Shown here: piece by piece, positions 1 through 7,391 of the stretch | How positions within the stretch are numbered: the first letter of the stretch is position 1 | Layout of the letters: each line of letters begins with the position of its first letter | Source: Planctomycetota bacterium | GTDB taxonomy: Bacteria > Planctomycetota > UBA1135 > UBA2386 | Direction: 5' to 3' | DNA length: 24,121 nucleotides | Assembly (NCBI GenBank): GCA_947501605.1 | Contig: CANMWZ010000049.1 | Span: 1 to 24,121, forward strand | Program-made: the position numbers and the translations under genes | The notes under the pieces: model-generated | The model's database searches: none | Seen by the model: only the letters and a program-made list of their open reading frames with translations | What the model was told of the DNA's origin: nothing

Positions 1-241
1 GCGTGATGTTGTGTTCGAGGATCGCGCGCTTGCCGTTGCGGGGCCGCAGCAAGGCAATCGCGATGACGGCAATCGGCACCGAGGCCGAAACCGTGAGGCC
101 GACCTTCAGCGCCAGGTAGGTCGAAGCAGCGCCAAAGACGATGCCCAGCAAGGCGCCGAGCAGCACGGCTCGAAACGTCAGTTCTGGCTGAACTTCCTCG
201 GCGAGGACGAGCGGCGTGAATCCTTGGGGAGTGTCTGTCAT
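1..241 (-). CDS. OPT family oligopeptide/metal-chelate transporter, N-terminal part (truncated by window start)
   Basis: Not in the ORF track. Manual translation from ATG at 241 gives MTDTPQGFTPLVLAEEVQPELTFRAVLLGALLGIVFGAASTYLALKVGLTVSASVPIAVIAIALLRPRNGKRAILEHNIT. The ELTxRA, YLxLKxGxTxSASxP and LExNI motifs are typical of the OPT N-terminus. Confidence 0.9.
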   Translation of the reverse strand, partial: MTDTPQGFTPLVLAEEVQPELTFRAVLLGALLGIVFGAASTYLALKVGLTVSASVPIAVIAIALLRPRNGKRAILEHNIT

Positions 242-462
242 TGGCGATCGAGGCAAGAGACGCCAGAGGGTCCGCTCCCTGGCGCTCGGTTTCCAGCAGG
301 CAGTGTCGCCGAGGTGAGATCCTGGCCGCCGAGGTCGGGGCTTTGGCGCCTTTGTGCGCACCGGTCGGCCTCGGGGCGGCCGGGATCCGAGAGTCGGCAC
401 GGACACGGTGAAGACGACTTCTTTGTCCCGATCGCGGGGGTCCCGGCACAATGAGGCAGCCC

Positions 463-1989
463 ATGAACCTCACACTTCTGCTGTTGTCCCTCGTGCCGTT
501 GCCTCAGCAACCGGACAAGGTCCCCACCTTCACCGAGGACGTGGCGCCGATCGTGTTCGCCCGCTGTGCCCAATGCCACCGGCCGGGGGAAGTGGCGCCG
601 TTCTCGCTGCTGAGCTACGCCGACGTGAAGAAGCGAGGCAAGACGATCCAGGAGGTCGTCGAGGACCGGTTCATGCCGCCGTGGCATCCGGTCGAGGGCT
701 TCGGTGCCTTCCGCAACAGCCTGCGGTTGTCCGACGCGCAAGTGAAGACGGTGTCGCGCTGGGTCAAGGGGGGGATGCCAGAGGGACCGAAGGAGAAGCT
801 GCCGCCACTGCCACAGTTCGTCGAGGGCTGGCAACTCGGGGAACCCGACCTGATTGTGCAGATGCCGGCGGGCTTCGAAGTGCCAGCGGGTGGCCGCGAC
901 ATCTATCGCAACTTCGTCATTCCCCTCGACCTGAAGGAAGACGCCTGGGTCACGGCAATCGAAGTGCGGCCCTCCGCGCGAGCGGTCTTGCACCATGTGC
1001 TCTTCTTCCTCGATGACACCGGCGAAGCGAGGCAGCAGGAAGGCGAGGGCGGCAAACCTGGTTACAACGGCATGCGGTTGCAGCGACAGCAGTCGATTGG
1101 CGGCTGGGCCGTCGGCGGCATGCCGGAGAAGCTGCCCGATGGGCTTGCGATCCGGTTGCAGAAGGGCAACGACCTGATCCTGCAATCGCACTTCCACCCG
1201 TCGGGCAAGAAGGCCACGGAACAGACGACGCTCGGCCTCTACCTCAGCAAGGAACCGCCCAAACGCACCATCGTCCCCATCCAGTTGCCGCCGTTCTTCG
1301 GCATCGCCGCCGGCATCGACATCCCCGCTGGGGACAAGGCCTGGCGCCTCAGCGACGCCTTCGAGCTGCCATGCGATGTCGAGGCGGTCACGGTTGGCGG
1401 ACACGCGCACATGCTGCTGCGCTCGCTGCGCATGCAGGCGGAGATCGCGGGTGAGGAGCCGATTCCTCTACTCAAAATCGACGCCTGGGACTTCGACTGG
1501 CAGAACCGCTACACGTTCCGCGAGCTGGTGCCCCTCCGAAAGGGCGCAACGGTGACGGCCGAGCTCCTCTACGACAACAGCAAGGACAACCCCAACAACC
1601 CCAACAAGCCCCCCAAGCGCGTGCGCTGGGGTCGGGAATCCAGTGACGAGATGGGCTCCATTACCTTGATGGTCGTGTGCAAGGACGAGGCGGACCTGCC
1701 GGCTCTACAAGCGGCCGTGCGCGCGCACGTCGGCAAGAGCACGGTGGCTCGTGTCACCGACCAGATCGACGCACGGTTTGCCGAGTACGACACCAACCGC
1801 GACGGCAAGATCACGCGCGATGAGGCGCCAAAGCGCATGGCCCGGTTCTTCGAGTTGCTCGATGAAGACAAGAACGGGTCGCTCGACAAGGCGGAGCTGA
1901 AGCGCGTGCTCGAAGGCATGGCAGGCGGGTTCGGCGGGTTTGGTGGCGGCGGCACGGGGAACGGAGGCTCAGGTGGCGGCGGCAAGTGA
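463..1989 (+). CDS. Secreted CxxCH-heme + copper type II (PHM/DBH-like) monooxygenase-domain protein with a C-terminal EF-hand pair
   Basis: Hydrophobic signal-like N-terminus (ATG 463; alternative 451). CAQCH at 565-579, LHHV at 991-996, QSHFH at ~1183-1197, HAH at 1402-1410, DEM at 1645-1653. EF loops DTNRDGKITRDE (1789-1824) and DEDKNGSLDKAE (1861-1896). Gly-rich tail. Confidence 0.8.
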   Translation: MNLTLLLLSLVPLPQQPDKVPTFTEDVAPIVFARCAQCHRPGEVAPFSLLSYADVKKRGKTIQEVVEDRFMPPWHPVEGFGAFRNSLRLSDAQVKTVSRWVKGGMPEGPKEKLPPLPQFVEGWQLGEPDLIVQMPAGFEVPAGGRDIYRNFVIPLDLKEDAWVTAIEVRPSARAVLHHVLFFLDDTGEARQQEGEGGKPGYNGMRLQRQQSIGGWAVGGMPEKLPDGLAIRLQKGNDLILQSHFHPSGKKATEQTTLGLYLSKEPPKRTIVPIQLPPFFGIAAGIDIPAGDKAWRLSDAFELPCDVEAVTVGGHAHMLLRSLRMQAEIAGEEPIPLLKIDAWDFDWQNRYTFRELVPLRKGATVTAELLYDNSKDNPNNPNKPPKRVRWGRESSDEMGSITLMVVCKDEADLPALQAAVRAHVGKSTVARVTDQIDARFAEYDTNRDGKITRDEAPKRMARFFELLDEDKNGSLDKAELKRVLEGMAGGFGGFGGGGTGNGGSGGGGK

Positions 1990-2662
1990 CCACGCCGGTC
2001 TGCGGTCGCAGACTCGCCGCCGAAGCCGAAGACCCCGCCATCAGTCTGCTTCTTGCCCGCGGCCGCCGTGGCTCGTCGTCGCCCGCAAGCGCGCTGGGGA
2101 AACACTTCTCGTTACCGCGGTCCTCGCCTCTTCCTGTGCCTTGCCGACCTCGCTCGATCCGAGCCAGGCCTACCGTTCGTTGGACGGCGCTGTGTTCGCA
2201 CCGCTCGACGTCCCGCCCGCGTGCATCCGCGTCATGGTGTTCGTGACGACGGAGTGCCCGATCGCCAACTCGTATGCCCCAAAGCTCGCCGAGCTTTCGG
2301 CCATGTGGTGCGGCACCGAGGTGGAATTGGTGCTGGTGCATCTGGACCCCGACCTGACCGAGGCCAGCGCTCGCCAGCATGCGCTCGAGCATGAACTCTG
2401 GATGCCGATTGTGCTCGACCCTGCGCAGCGGTTGGCGGTGGCCACAGGAGCCTCCATCACACCGGAAGCCGCGGTCTGTACGCGGGACGGCGTTGTCTAC
2501 CTTGGACGCATCGACGATCGATGGCGCGCCCGCGGTCAGGACAGCCAGAAGGCGGCCTGCAACGACCTAGTGGATGCGGTGCAGGCAGTCCGGCTCGGCC
2601 GACCGGTTGCAGAACCACAACAGCCGGCTATCGGTTGTCGCCTGCCGACGGTCGTGCGCTGA
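1940..2662 (+). CDS. Redoxin / AhpC-TSA-like thioredoxin-fold protein, probable lipoprotein (start uncertain)
   Basis: VFVTTECPIANSY, GASITPEA (cis-Pro loop), VYLGRIDD and C-terminal AIGC motifs of Prx-like redoxins; lipobox-like VLASSC. No ATG/GTG/TTG in frame between 1990 and the lipobox. Confidence 0.8.
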   Translation: MVAAARGTEAQVAAASDHAGLRSQTRRRSRRPRHQSASCPRPPWLVVARKRAGETLLVTAVLASSCALPTSLDPSQAYRSLDGAVFAPLDVPPACIRVMVFVTTECPIANSYAPKLAELSAMWCGTEVELVLVHLDPDLTEASARQHALEHELWMPIVLDPAQRLAVATGASITPEAAVCTRDGVVYLGRIDDRWRARGQDSQKAACNDLVDAVQAVRLGRPVAEPQQPAIGCRLPTVVR

Positions 2663-2719
2663 TCCTACGCCGTCGGTAGCCCTGGCACCGTGGGGCCCTG
2701 CGGCTACTGTGCGCCGCCG

Positions 2720-3508
2720 ATGGCCGTCCCCACCAAGGTCCCGTTCCGCCTCGACGGCAAGGTCGCGGCCATCACCGGCGCTGGCTCTGGCATCGGCAAG
2801 GCAATCGCGGAACGCTTCGCCCAGCAAGGGGCTCGCGTCGCGGTACTCGAACTCGATCGGCACGCAGGGGAAGCGGCGGCGGCCGAATTGCAGGCGGCCG
2901 GCTACGAGGCCGTTGCGATCCCGTGCGACGTCACCCGAGACGCCGAGGTGCGAACTGCCTTTGCGACGCTGCAAGAGCAGTGCGGCAGACTCGACCTGCT
3001 GGTCAACAACGCTGGCATCGGCCACGTCGGCACCTGTGCGACGACCACAGAAGCAGACTTCGACAAGCTGTTCGCCGTCAACGTGAAGGGCGTCTATCTC
3101 TGCACCCGCGCGGCCTTGCCGATGCTGATGACGTCGCGCGGCACAATCTGCAACTTGGCCTCGATCGCGAGCCTGATCGGGATCGCCGACCGGTTTGCCT
3201 ACTCGATGACCAAGGGGGCCGTGCTGACGATGACCAAGTCGATCGCGATCGACTACCTGCAGTACGGCATCCGCTGCAACTGTGTTTGCCCAGCACGCAT
3301 TCACACCCCCTTCGTCGACGGCTATCTGCAGAAGAACTACCCCGGCAAGGAAGCCGAGATGTTCGACACGCTCGCCAAGTGGCAGCCGATCGGCCGCATG
3401 GGTACGCCTCAAGAGGTCGCCGATCTCGTGCTGTATCTGTGCAGCGACGAAGCCGGCTTCGTAACCGGGCAGGCGGTGCCCCTCGACGGCGGCAAGCTGG
3501 TGTTCTGA
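2720..3508 (+). CDS. SDR-family oxidoreductase, probable 2-keto-3-deoxy-L-fuconate dehydrogenase-like
   Basis: TGAGSGIG Rossmann motif, NNAG, catalytic YSMTK, PIGRMGTPQEVA; clustered with an FAH hydrolase and a lactonase. Confidence 0.85.
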   Translation: MAVPTKVPFRLDGKVAAITGAGSGIGKAIAERFAQQGARVAVLELDRHAGEAAAAELQAAGYEAVAIPCDVTRDAEVRTAFATLQEQCGRLDLLVNNAGIGHVGTCATTTEADFDKLFAVNVKGVYLCTRAALPMLMTSRGTICNLASIASLIGIADRFAYSMTKGAVLTMTKSIAIDYLQYGIRCNCVCPARIHTPFVDGYLQKNYPGKEAEMFDTLAKWQPIGRMGTPQEVADLVLYLCSDEAGFVTGQAVPLDGGKLVF

Positions 3509-3535
3509 CCGCGATTCTCGATCCTGGAGCCCCCC

Positions 3536-4417
3536 ATGAGTGACTTCCGCCTGTTCCGCTTCGGCCCCGAAGGCCGCGAACGCCCCGGCGTGCTCACGCG
3601 CGAGGGCAAGCGGCTCGATTGCTCGTCGTTTGGCGAGGACTGGGGGCCGGCCTTCTTCGCGCGCGAAGGCCTCACGCGGCTGTCGACCTTTCTCCGCACC
3701 CGCGACGATCTGCCCGAAGTAGCCGAGGGCGTACGCTTTGGACCATGTTTGCTTCGGCCCGGCAAGCTCATCTGCATCGGCCTCAACTACCGGGACCACG
3801 CCCGCGAGACGGGTGCCAAGTTGCCGACGGAACCGGTCGTGTTCTTCAAGGCAACCACGGCCGTGTGTGGGCCCGATGACGACCTCCTGATTCCGCGCCA
3901 CAGCGACAAGACCGACTGGGAAGTTGAGTTGCTGGTCGTCGTCGGCGACAAAGCGCAGTACGTCGAACCCAGTGCGGCGATGGAGCACGTCGCCGGCTAC
4001 GCCCTCCACAACGACTACAGCGAGCGCCACTGGCAACTCGAACGCGGTGGCCAGTGGGTCAAGGGCAAGAGCTTCGACACCTTTGCCCCGCTCGGGCCGT
4101 ACTTTGTGCCGCGGGACCAGATCGCGGATCCCCAGGATCTACCGATGTGGCTCGACGTCAACGGCAAGCGGCGGCAGCAGTCGAATACGCGTGAGATGGT
4201 CTTCACCGTGCGCGAACTCGTGAGTTACCTGAGCCAGTGCATGACGCTCGAACCCGGTGATTGCATCAGTACCGGCACTCCGGCCGGCGTTGGCCTTGGC
4301 TGCAATCCTCCCGAGTATCTGCGGGCCGGCGACGTCGTTCGGCTCGGCATCGACGGGCTCGGCGAGCAGCGCCAGAAATGCGTCGGCTACCCGCGCGTCC
4401 CGGAGTCGCTGCAGTGA
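3536..4417 (+). CDS. Fumarylacetoacetate hydrolase family protein, probable 2,4-diketo-3-deoxy-L-fuconate hydrolase-like
   Basis: ICIGLNYRDH, EPVVFFK, DWEVEL, NDYSER, GKSFDTFAPLGP and TGTPAGVG motifs. Confidence 0.9.
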   Translation: MSDFRLFRFGPEGRERPGVLTREGKRLDCSSFGEDWGPAFFAREGLTRLSTFLRTRDDLPEVAEGVRFGPCLLRPGKLICIGLNYRDHARETGAKLPTEPVVFFKATTAVCGPDDDLLIPRHSDKTDWEVELLVVVGDKAQYVEPSAAMEHVAGYALHNDYSERHWQLERGGQWVKGKSFDTFAPLGPYFVPRDQIADPQDLPMWLDVNGKRRQQSNTREMVFTVRELVSYLSQCMTLEPGDCISTGTPAGVGLGCNPPEYLRAGDVVRLGIDGLGEQRQKCVGYPRVPESLQ

Positions 4418-4437
4418 GAGGACGGGCGCCCGGCGCG

Positions 4438-4800
4438 ATGCCGCCGCTGCGCTTTGGCCAACGCCTCGGCCTCCGCCCCGACCGCTTCGAAGACTACTGC
4501 CGACACCACGCCCGCATTTGGCCTGAGATCGCCGCCGCCATCCACGGCGCCGGCATCCGCAACTACTCGATCTATTGCCTCCGCGTCGAGGCTTCGAGCG
4601 AACAGGGCGGCTACGAGCTGTTCGGCTACTACGAGTACGTCGGGCCGAAGGAAGAGTATGGCGCGCGCATGGAACGCTTGGGTGCGGCCCCGCGCATGCG
4701 CGAGTGGTGGGACCTGATGGAAGCCATGCAGATCCCCCATCCGCGACGCCAGACCGGCACGTGGTGGGCGGCGATGGAAGAAGTATTCCACCAGGACTGA
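4438..4800 (+). CDS. L-rhamnose/L-fucose mutarotase (RhaM/YiiL family)
   Basis: YCRHHARIWPEI, GIRNYSIY, LFGYYEY, REWWDLM and MEEVFH motifs. Start is ATG 4438 or a coupled GTG at 4414. Confidence 0.88.
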   Translation: MPPLRFGQRLGLRPDRFEDYCRHHARIWPEIAAAIHGAGIRNYSIYCLRVEASSEQGGYELFGYYEYVGPKEEYGARMERLGAAPRMREWWDLMEAMQIPHPRRQTGTWWAAMEEVFHQD

Positions 4801-4860
4801 CAGCGGACCGGTTGCAGGCGATGCTGTGCCCTCTTCTGGACTGCATCGTTCTCCTTCGCC

Positions 4861-5958
4861 ATGCGCATCACCAAGGTCGAGACCCAGCTCCTTCGCGTAC
4901 CGCTGCAACAGCGCACGATCACCGATAGCCAGTCGACCGTCACCCACGTCGAGTTCCTGCAGGTCGTGTTGCAGACGGACGCTGGCATCACCGGCTATGG
5001 CATGAACTGGAGCTACACGCCCGGGCTCGTGGCGGCTCAGGTGATGGTGCAACAGAACTACGCGCCGCTGCTCGTTGGCAAGGATCCGGCGATGCGGAAG
5101 GCGATCGTGAAGGACATGTTCTTCAGCAACCACTTCATCGGTCGAGTGGGCGCCGCCCGCGTTGGCATCGCGGCGGTCGAGTACGCGTTGTGGGACCTCG
5201 TTTGCCGAGAAGCCAACAAGCCGCTCTGGAAGTATCTGGGCGCTTGCCGCGACACGGTCAAGGCCTACAGCACCGACGGCGGTTGGTTGTCATGGAGCCT
5301 CGACGATCTGTTGCGCGACTGCCATCGCCTGATCGAACGGGGTTTCGACGCGGTGAAGATCAAGCTCGGTCGGCCGGATCCGCGGGAGGACCTGCGTCGC
5401 ATCGCCGCCGTTCGCAAGTCGATCGGCGACAAGATCGACATCATGACCGACGTCAACTGCGCCTGGACGCTGGCCACCAGCAAGCAGTACGGCAGCCGGC
5501 TGCATGACTACGACGTGCGCTGGCTGGAGGAGCCGATGAAGCCCGAGGACGTCACCATGCACGCCGAGCTTGCGCGCGCCATCGAGACGCCGATCGCCGT
5601 CGGCGAGACGATCTTCACGCGCGAGGCCTTCCGCGACTACATCGCTGCCGGGGCTGTCCATTACGTACAGGCTGATTCGACCAAGCTGCTGGGCATCGAC
5701 GAGTGGCTCGAAGTGGCGGCATTGGCGGCGAGCTACAACCTGCCGGTGATCCCCCACACCAATGTGCAGCACAAGCTGCACGTCCAACTGGCGGCGGCGA
5801 CGCCCAACTGCATCATGGTCGAGAGCTGCTACGAGTCGATCAACGAGATGTGGGAGGAGCCCATCTACGTGACGAACGGCTTCTACAACCTGCCCCAAGA
5901 ACCGGGCGTCGGCCTGCGCATCCAGGATGCCTACCTGAAGGCGCACCGGATCAGCTAG
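4861..5958 (+). CDS. Enolase superfamily, mandelate racemase subgroup; probable acid-sugar dehydratase
   Basis: KIK motif; metal ligands in TDVN, WLEEP and VGET; Asp-His dyad in QADSTK / IPHTN; ALWDL; PGVGL. Confidence 0.88.
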   Translation: MRITKVETQLLRVPLQQRTITDSQSTVTHVEFLQVVLQTDAGITGYGMNWSYTPGLVAAQVMVQQNYAPLLVGKDPAMRKAIVKDMFFSNHFIGRVGAARVGIAAVEYALWDLVCREANKPLWKYLGACRDTVKAYSTDGGWLSWSLDDLLRDCHRLIERGFDAVKIKLGRPDPREDLRRIAAVRKSIGDKIDIMTDVNCAWTLATSKQYGSRLHDYDVRWLEEPMKPEDVTMHAELARAIETPIAVGETIFTREAFRDYIAAGAVHYVQADSTKLLGIDEWLEVAALAASYNLPVIPHTNVQHKLHVQLAAATPNCIMVESCYESINEMWEEPIYVTNGFYNLPQEPGVGLRIQDAYLKAHRIS

Positions 5959-5962
5959 CGCG

Positions 5963-6802
5963 ATGCCGACGCCGCGACTCGACAGCCACCAGCACTTCTG
6001 GCGCTACACGGCCGCCGACTACGGGTGGATCGACGACACGATGGCCGTGCTGCGGCGGGACTTCCTGCCCGTCGACCTCAAGCCCGTGCTCGATCAGACG
6101 GGTCAGGATGGCTGCATCGCTGTTCAGGCTCGGCAATCCGAGGCCGAGACCCGGTGGCTGCTCCGGCTCGCCGACGAAGCCCCGTGGATTCGCGCCGTGG
6201 TCGGCTGGGTAGACCTGGCCTTGGCGGAGGTCGCGGACCGGCTCGATGCGCTGCGCCACGAGCGTCTTCGCGGCATTCGCCACGTGCTGCAAGCCGAACC
6301 TGACGACTACAGCAGGAGTTCGGCCTTCCGCCGCGGTCTGGCTGAGCTGGCCCGACGAGGTCTGGTCTACGACCTGTTGGTCTACGCGCCGCAGTTGCCC
6401 GTGGCGATCGAGTTGGTCCGCGCCTTCCCCGACCAGGCCTTCGTCCTCGACCACATGGGCAAGCCCCGGGTTCGGGCCGGGGAGCACAGCACCTGGGCCC
6501 GCGACCTTCTCGTGCTGGCATCCTTGCCCAACGTCGCATGCAAGCTCTCTGGACTGGTGACGGAGGCCGAGTGGCGGACCTGGACGAATGCGTCGCTGCG
6601 ACCCTACTTCGAGACGGTGCTCGAGGCCTTTGGGCCGAAGCGGCTGATGTTCGGCTCCGATTGGCCGGTCTGCCTGAGCGCTGCGACCTACGCGCGCTGG
6701 CACCAGGTGGCGGCGGCCTGGACGGGGCCGTTGTCGGCGTCGGAACGGGCCGCGATCGAGGGCGGCACGGCAGCGACTTGGTATCGGCTACCTCAGGCCT
6801 GA
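5963..6802 (+). CDS. Amidohydrolase_2 family, L-fuconolactonase-like sugar lactonase
   Basis: DSHQHFW, CIAVQA, VVGWVDL, GIRH, VLDHMGKP, CKLSGL and MFGSDWPV motifs. Confidence 0.88.
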   Translation: MPTPRLDSHQHFWRYTAADYGWIDDTMAVLRRDFLPVDLKPVLDQTGQDGCIAVQARQSEAETRWLLRLADEAPWIRAVVGWVDLALAEVADRLDALRHERLRGIRHVLQAEPDDYSRSSAFRRGLAELARRGLVYDLLVYAPQLPVAIELVRAFPDQAFVLDHMGKPRVRAGEHSTWARDLLVLASLPNVACKLSGLVTEAEWRTWTNASLRPYFETVLEAFGPKRLMFGSDWPVCLSAATYARWHQVAAAWTGPLSASERAAIEGGTAATWYRLPQA

Positions 6803-6908
6803 ATCCGAGGCACGTTGCGGGCCGGAAGTCGGGCGGGATTTGGCCTCTGGTTTTGCGAAATGCTTGCCATCCTGACCACTGCGGGCGACGGGCGTCGGGA
6901 AGCCCAAT

Positions 6909-6956
6909 TCGCTAGCTTTGGCGTTGCATCTGACCGGAAATCACAATACGTAGTGG
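6909..6956 (+). promoter_or_regulatory. Tandem NrdR-like boxes
   Basis: TCACAATACGTAGTGG (6941-6956) matches the consensus acaCwAtATaTwGtgt at 12/16 positions. A degenerate copy TCGCTAGCTTTGGCGT (6909-6924) lies exactly 32 bp upstream. A -35-like TTGCAT is at 6924-6929. Located upstream of an RNR gene. Confidence 0.7.
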
Positions 6957-6964
6957 CCCCCTGT

Positions 6965-7372
6965 GACTGACCGGCGGGTCTCCCCCGCATCGAATGGAGA
7001 CCGGCGCAAGCGCGCCGGTCGACGTTCGAACGGACGGTTGCGGGACCTGGAGCAGCTCGGTCAAGCAGCTCTGGGTGCACCCCGATTTTCGGGGCGGTTG
7101 TCTCTGCTGGGCGGTCCCTTTGAGGGGGGTCGCGATGGTCTCGGTCAGTCCCTGGCATATGCGGGCCGCGTGCGCGGCACTTGCCGGAGGTCCCGACTGG
7201 CGGCCCCGGCTCGGACTCCCGCCGCGGACGATTGCCGGTGCGAGTCGGTTGTCGTTCGTTCCAGTCCGTTCATTTCTGAGTAGTTCCGTCTCGGCGCACC
7301 GGTCGCGGCCGCGACAGCAGTGCCGTTCGCTTCGGCGGCGGCGAATCGAAACGACTGCCGTAGCAACGGCAG
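6965..7372 (+). ncRNA. Putative structured 5' leader RNA of nrdJ
   Basis: Nested perfect helices 6965-6973/7142-7150, 6999-7007/7012-7020, 7042-7047/7113-7118, 7080-7085/7089-7094, 7235-7242/7295-7302 and 7355-7361/7366-7372. No convincing ORF. Confidence 0.4.
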
Positions 7373-7376
7373 ATCC

Positions 7377-7386
7377 AGGAGGAGGT
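7377..7386 (+). promoter_or_regulatory. Shine-Dalgarno site of nrdJ
   Basis: AGGAGGAGGT, 5 nt before GTG 7392. Confidence 0.8.
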
Positions 7387-7391
7387 AAGGC

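Noticed and set aside
2097..2103. G GGA AAC -1 slippery heptamer
   Set aside because: The phase is wrong: a -1 shift here does not enter the redoxin frame.
6957..7391. Cobalamin riboswitch, 6S, SRP or RNase P RNA upstream of nrdJ
   Set aside because: No GGGAA/B12-box, no RNase P GAGGAAAGUCC and no SRP core seen. The 186-nt domain looks multibranched rather than like the 6S rod.
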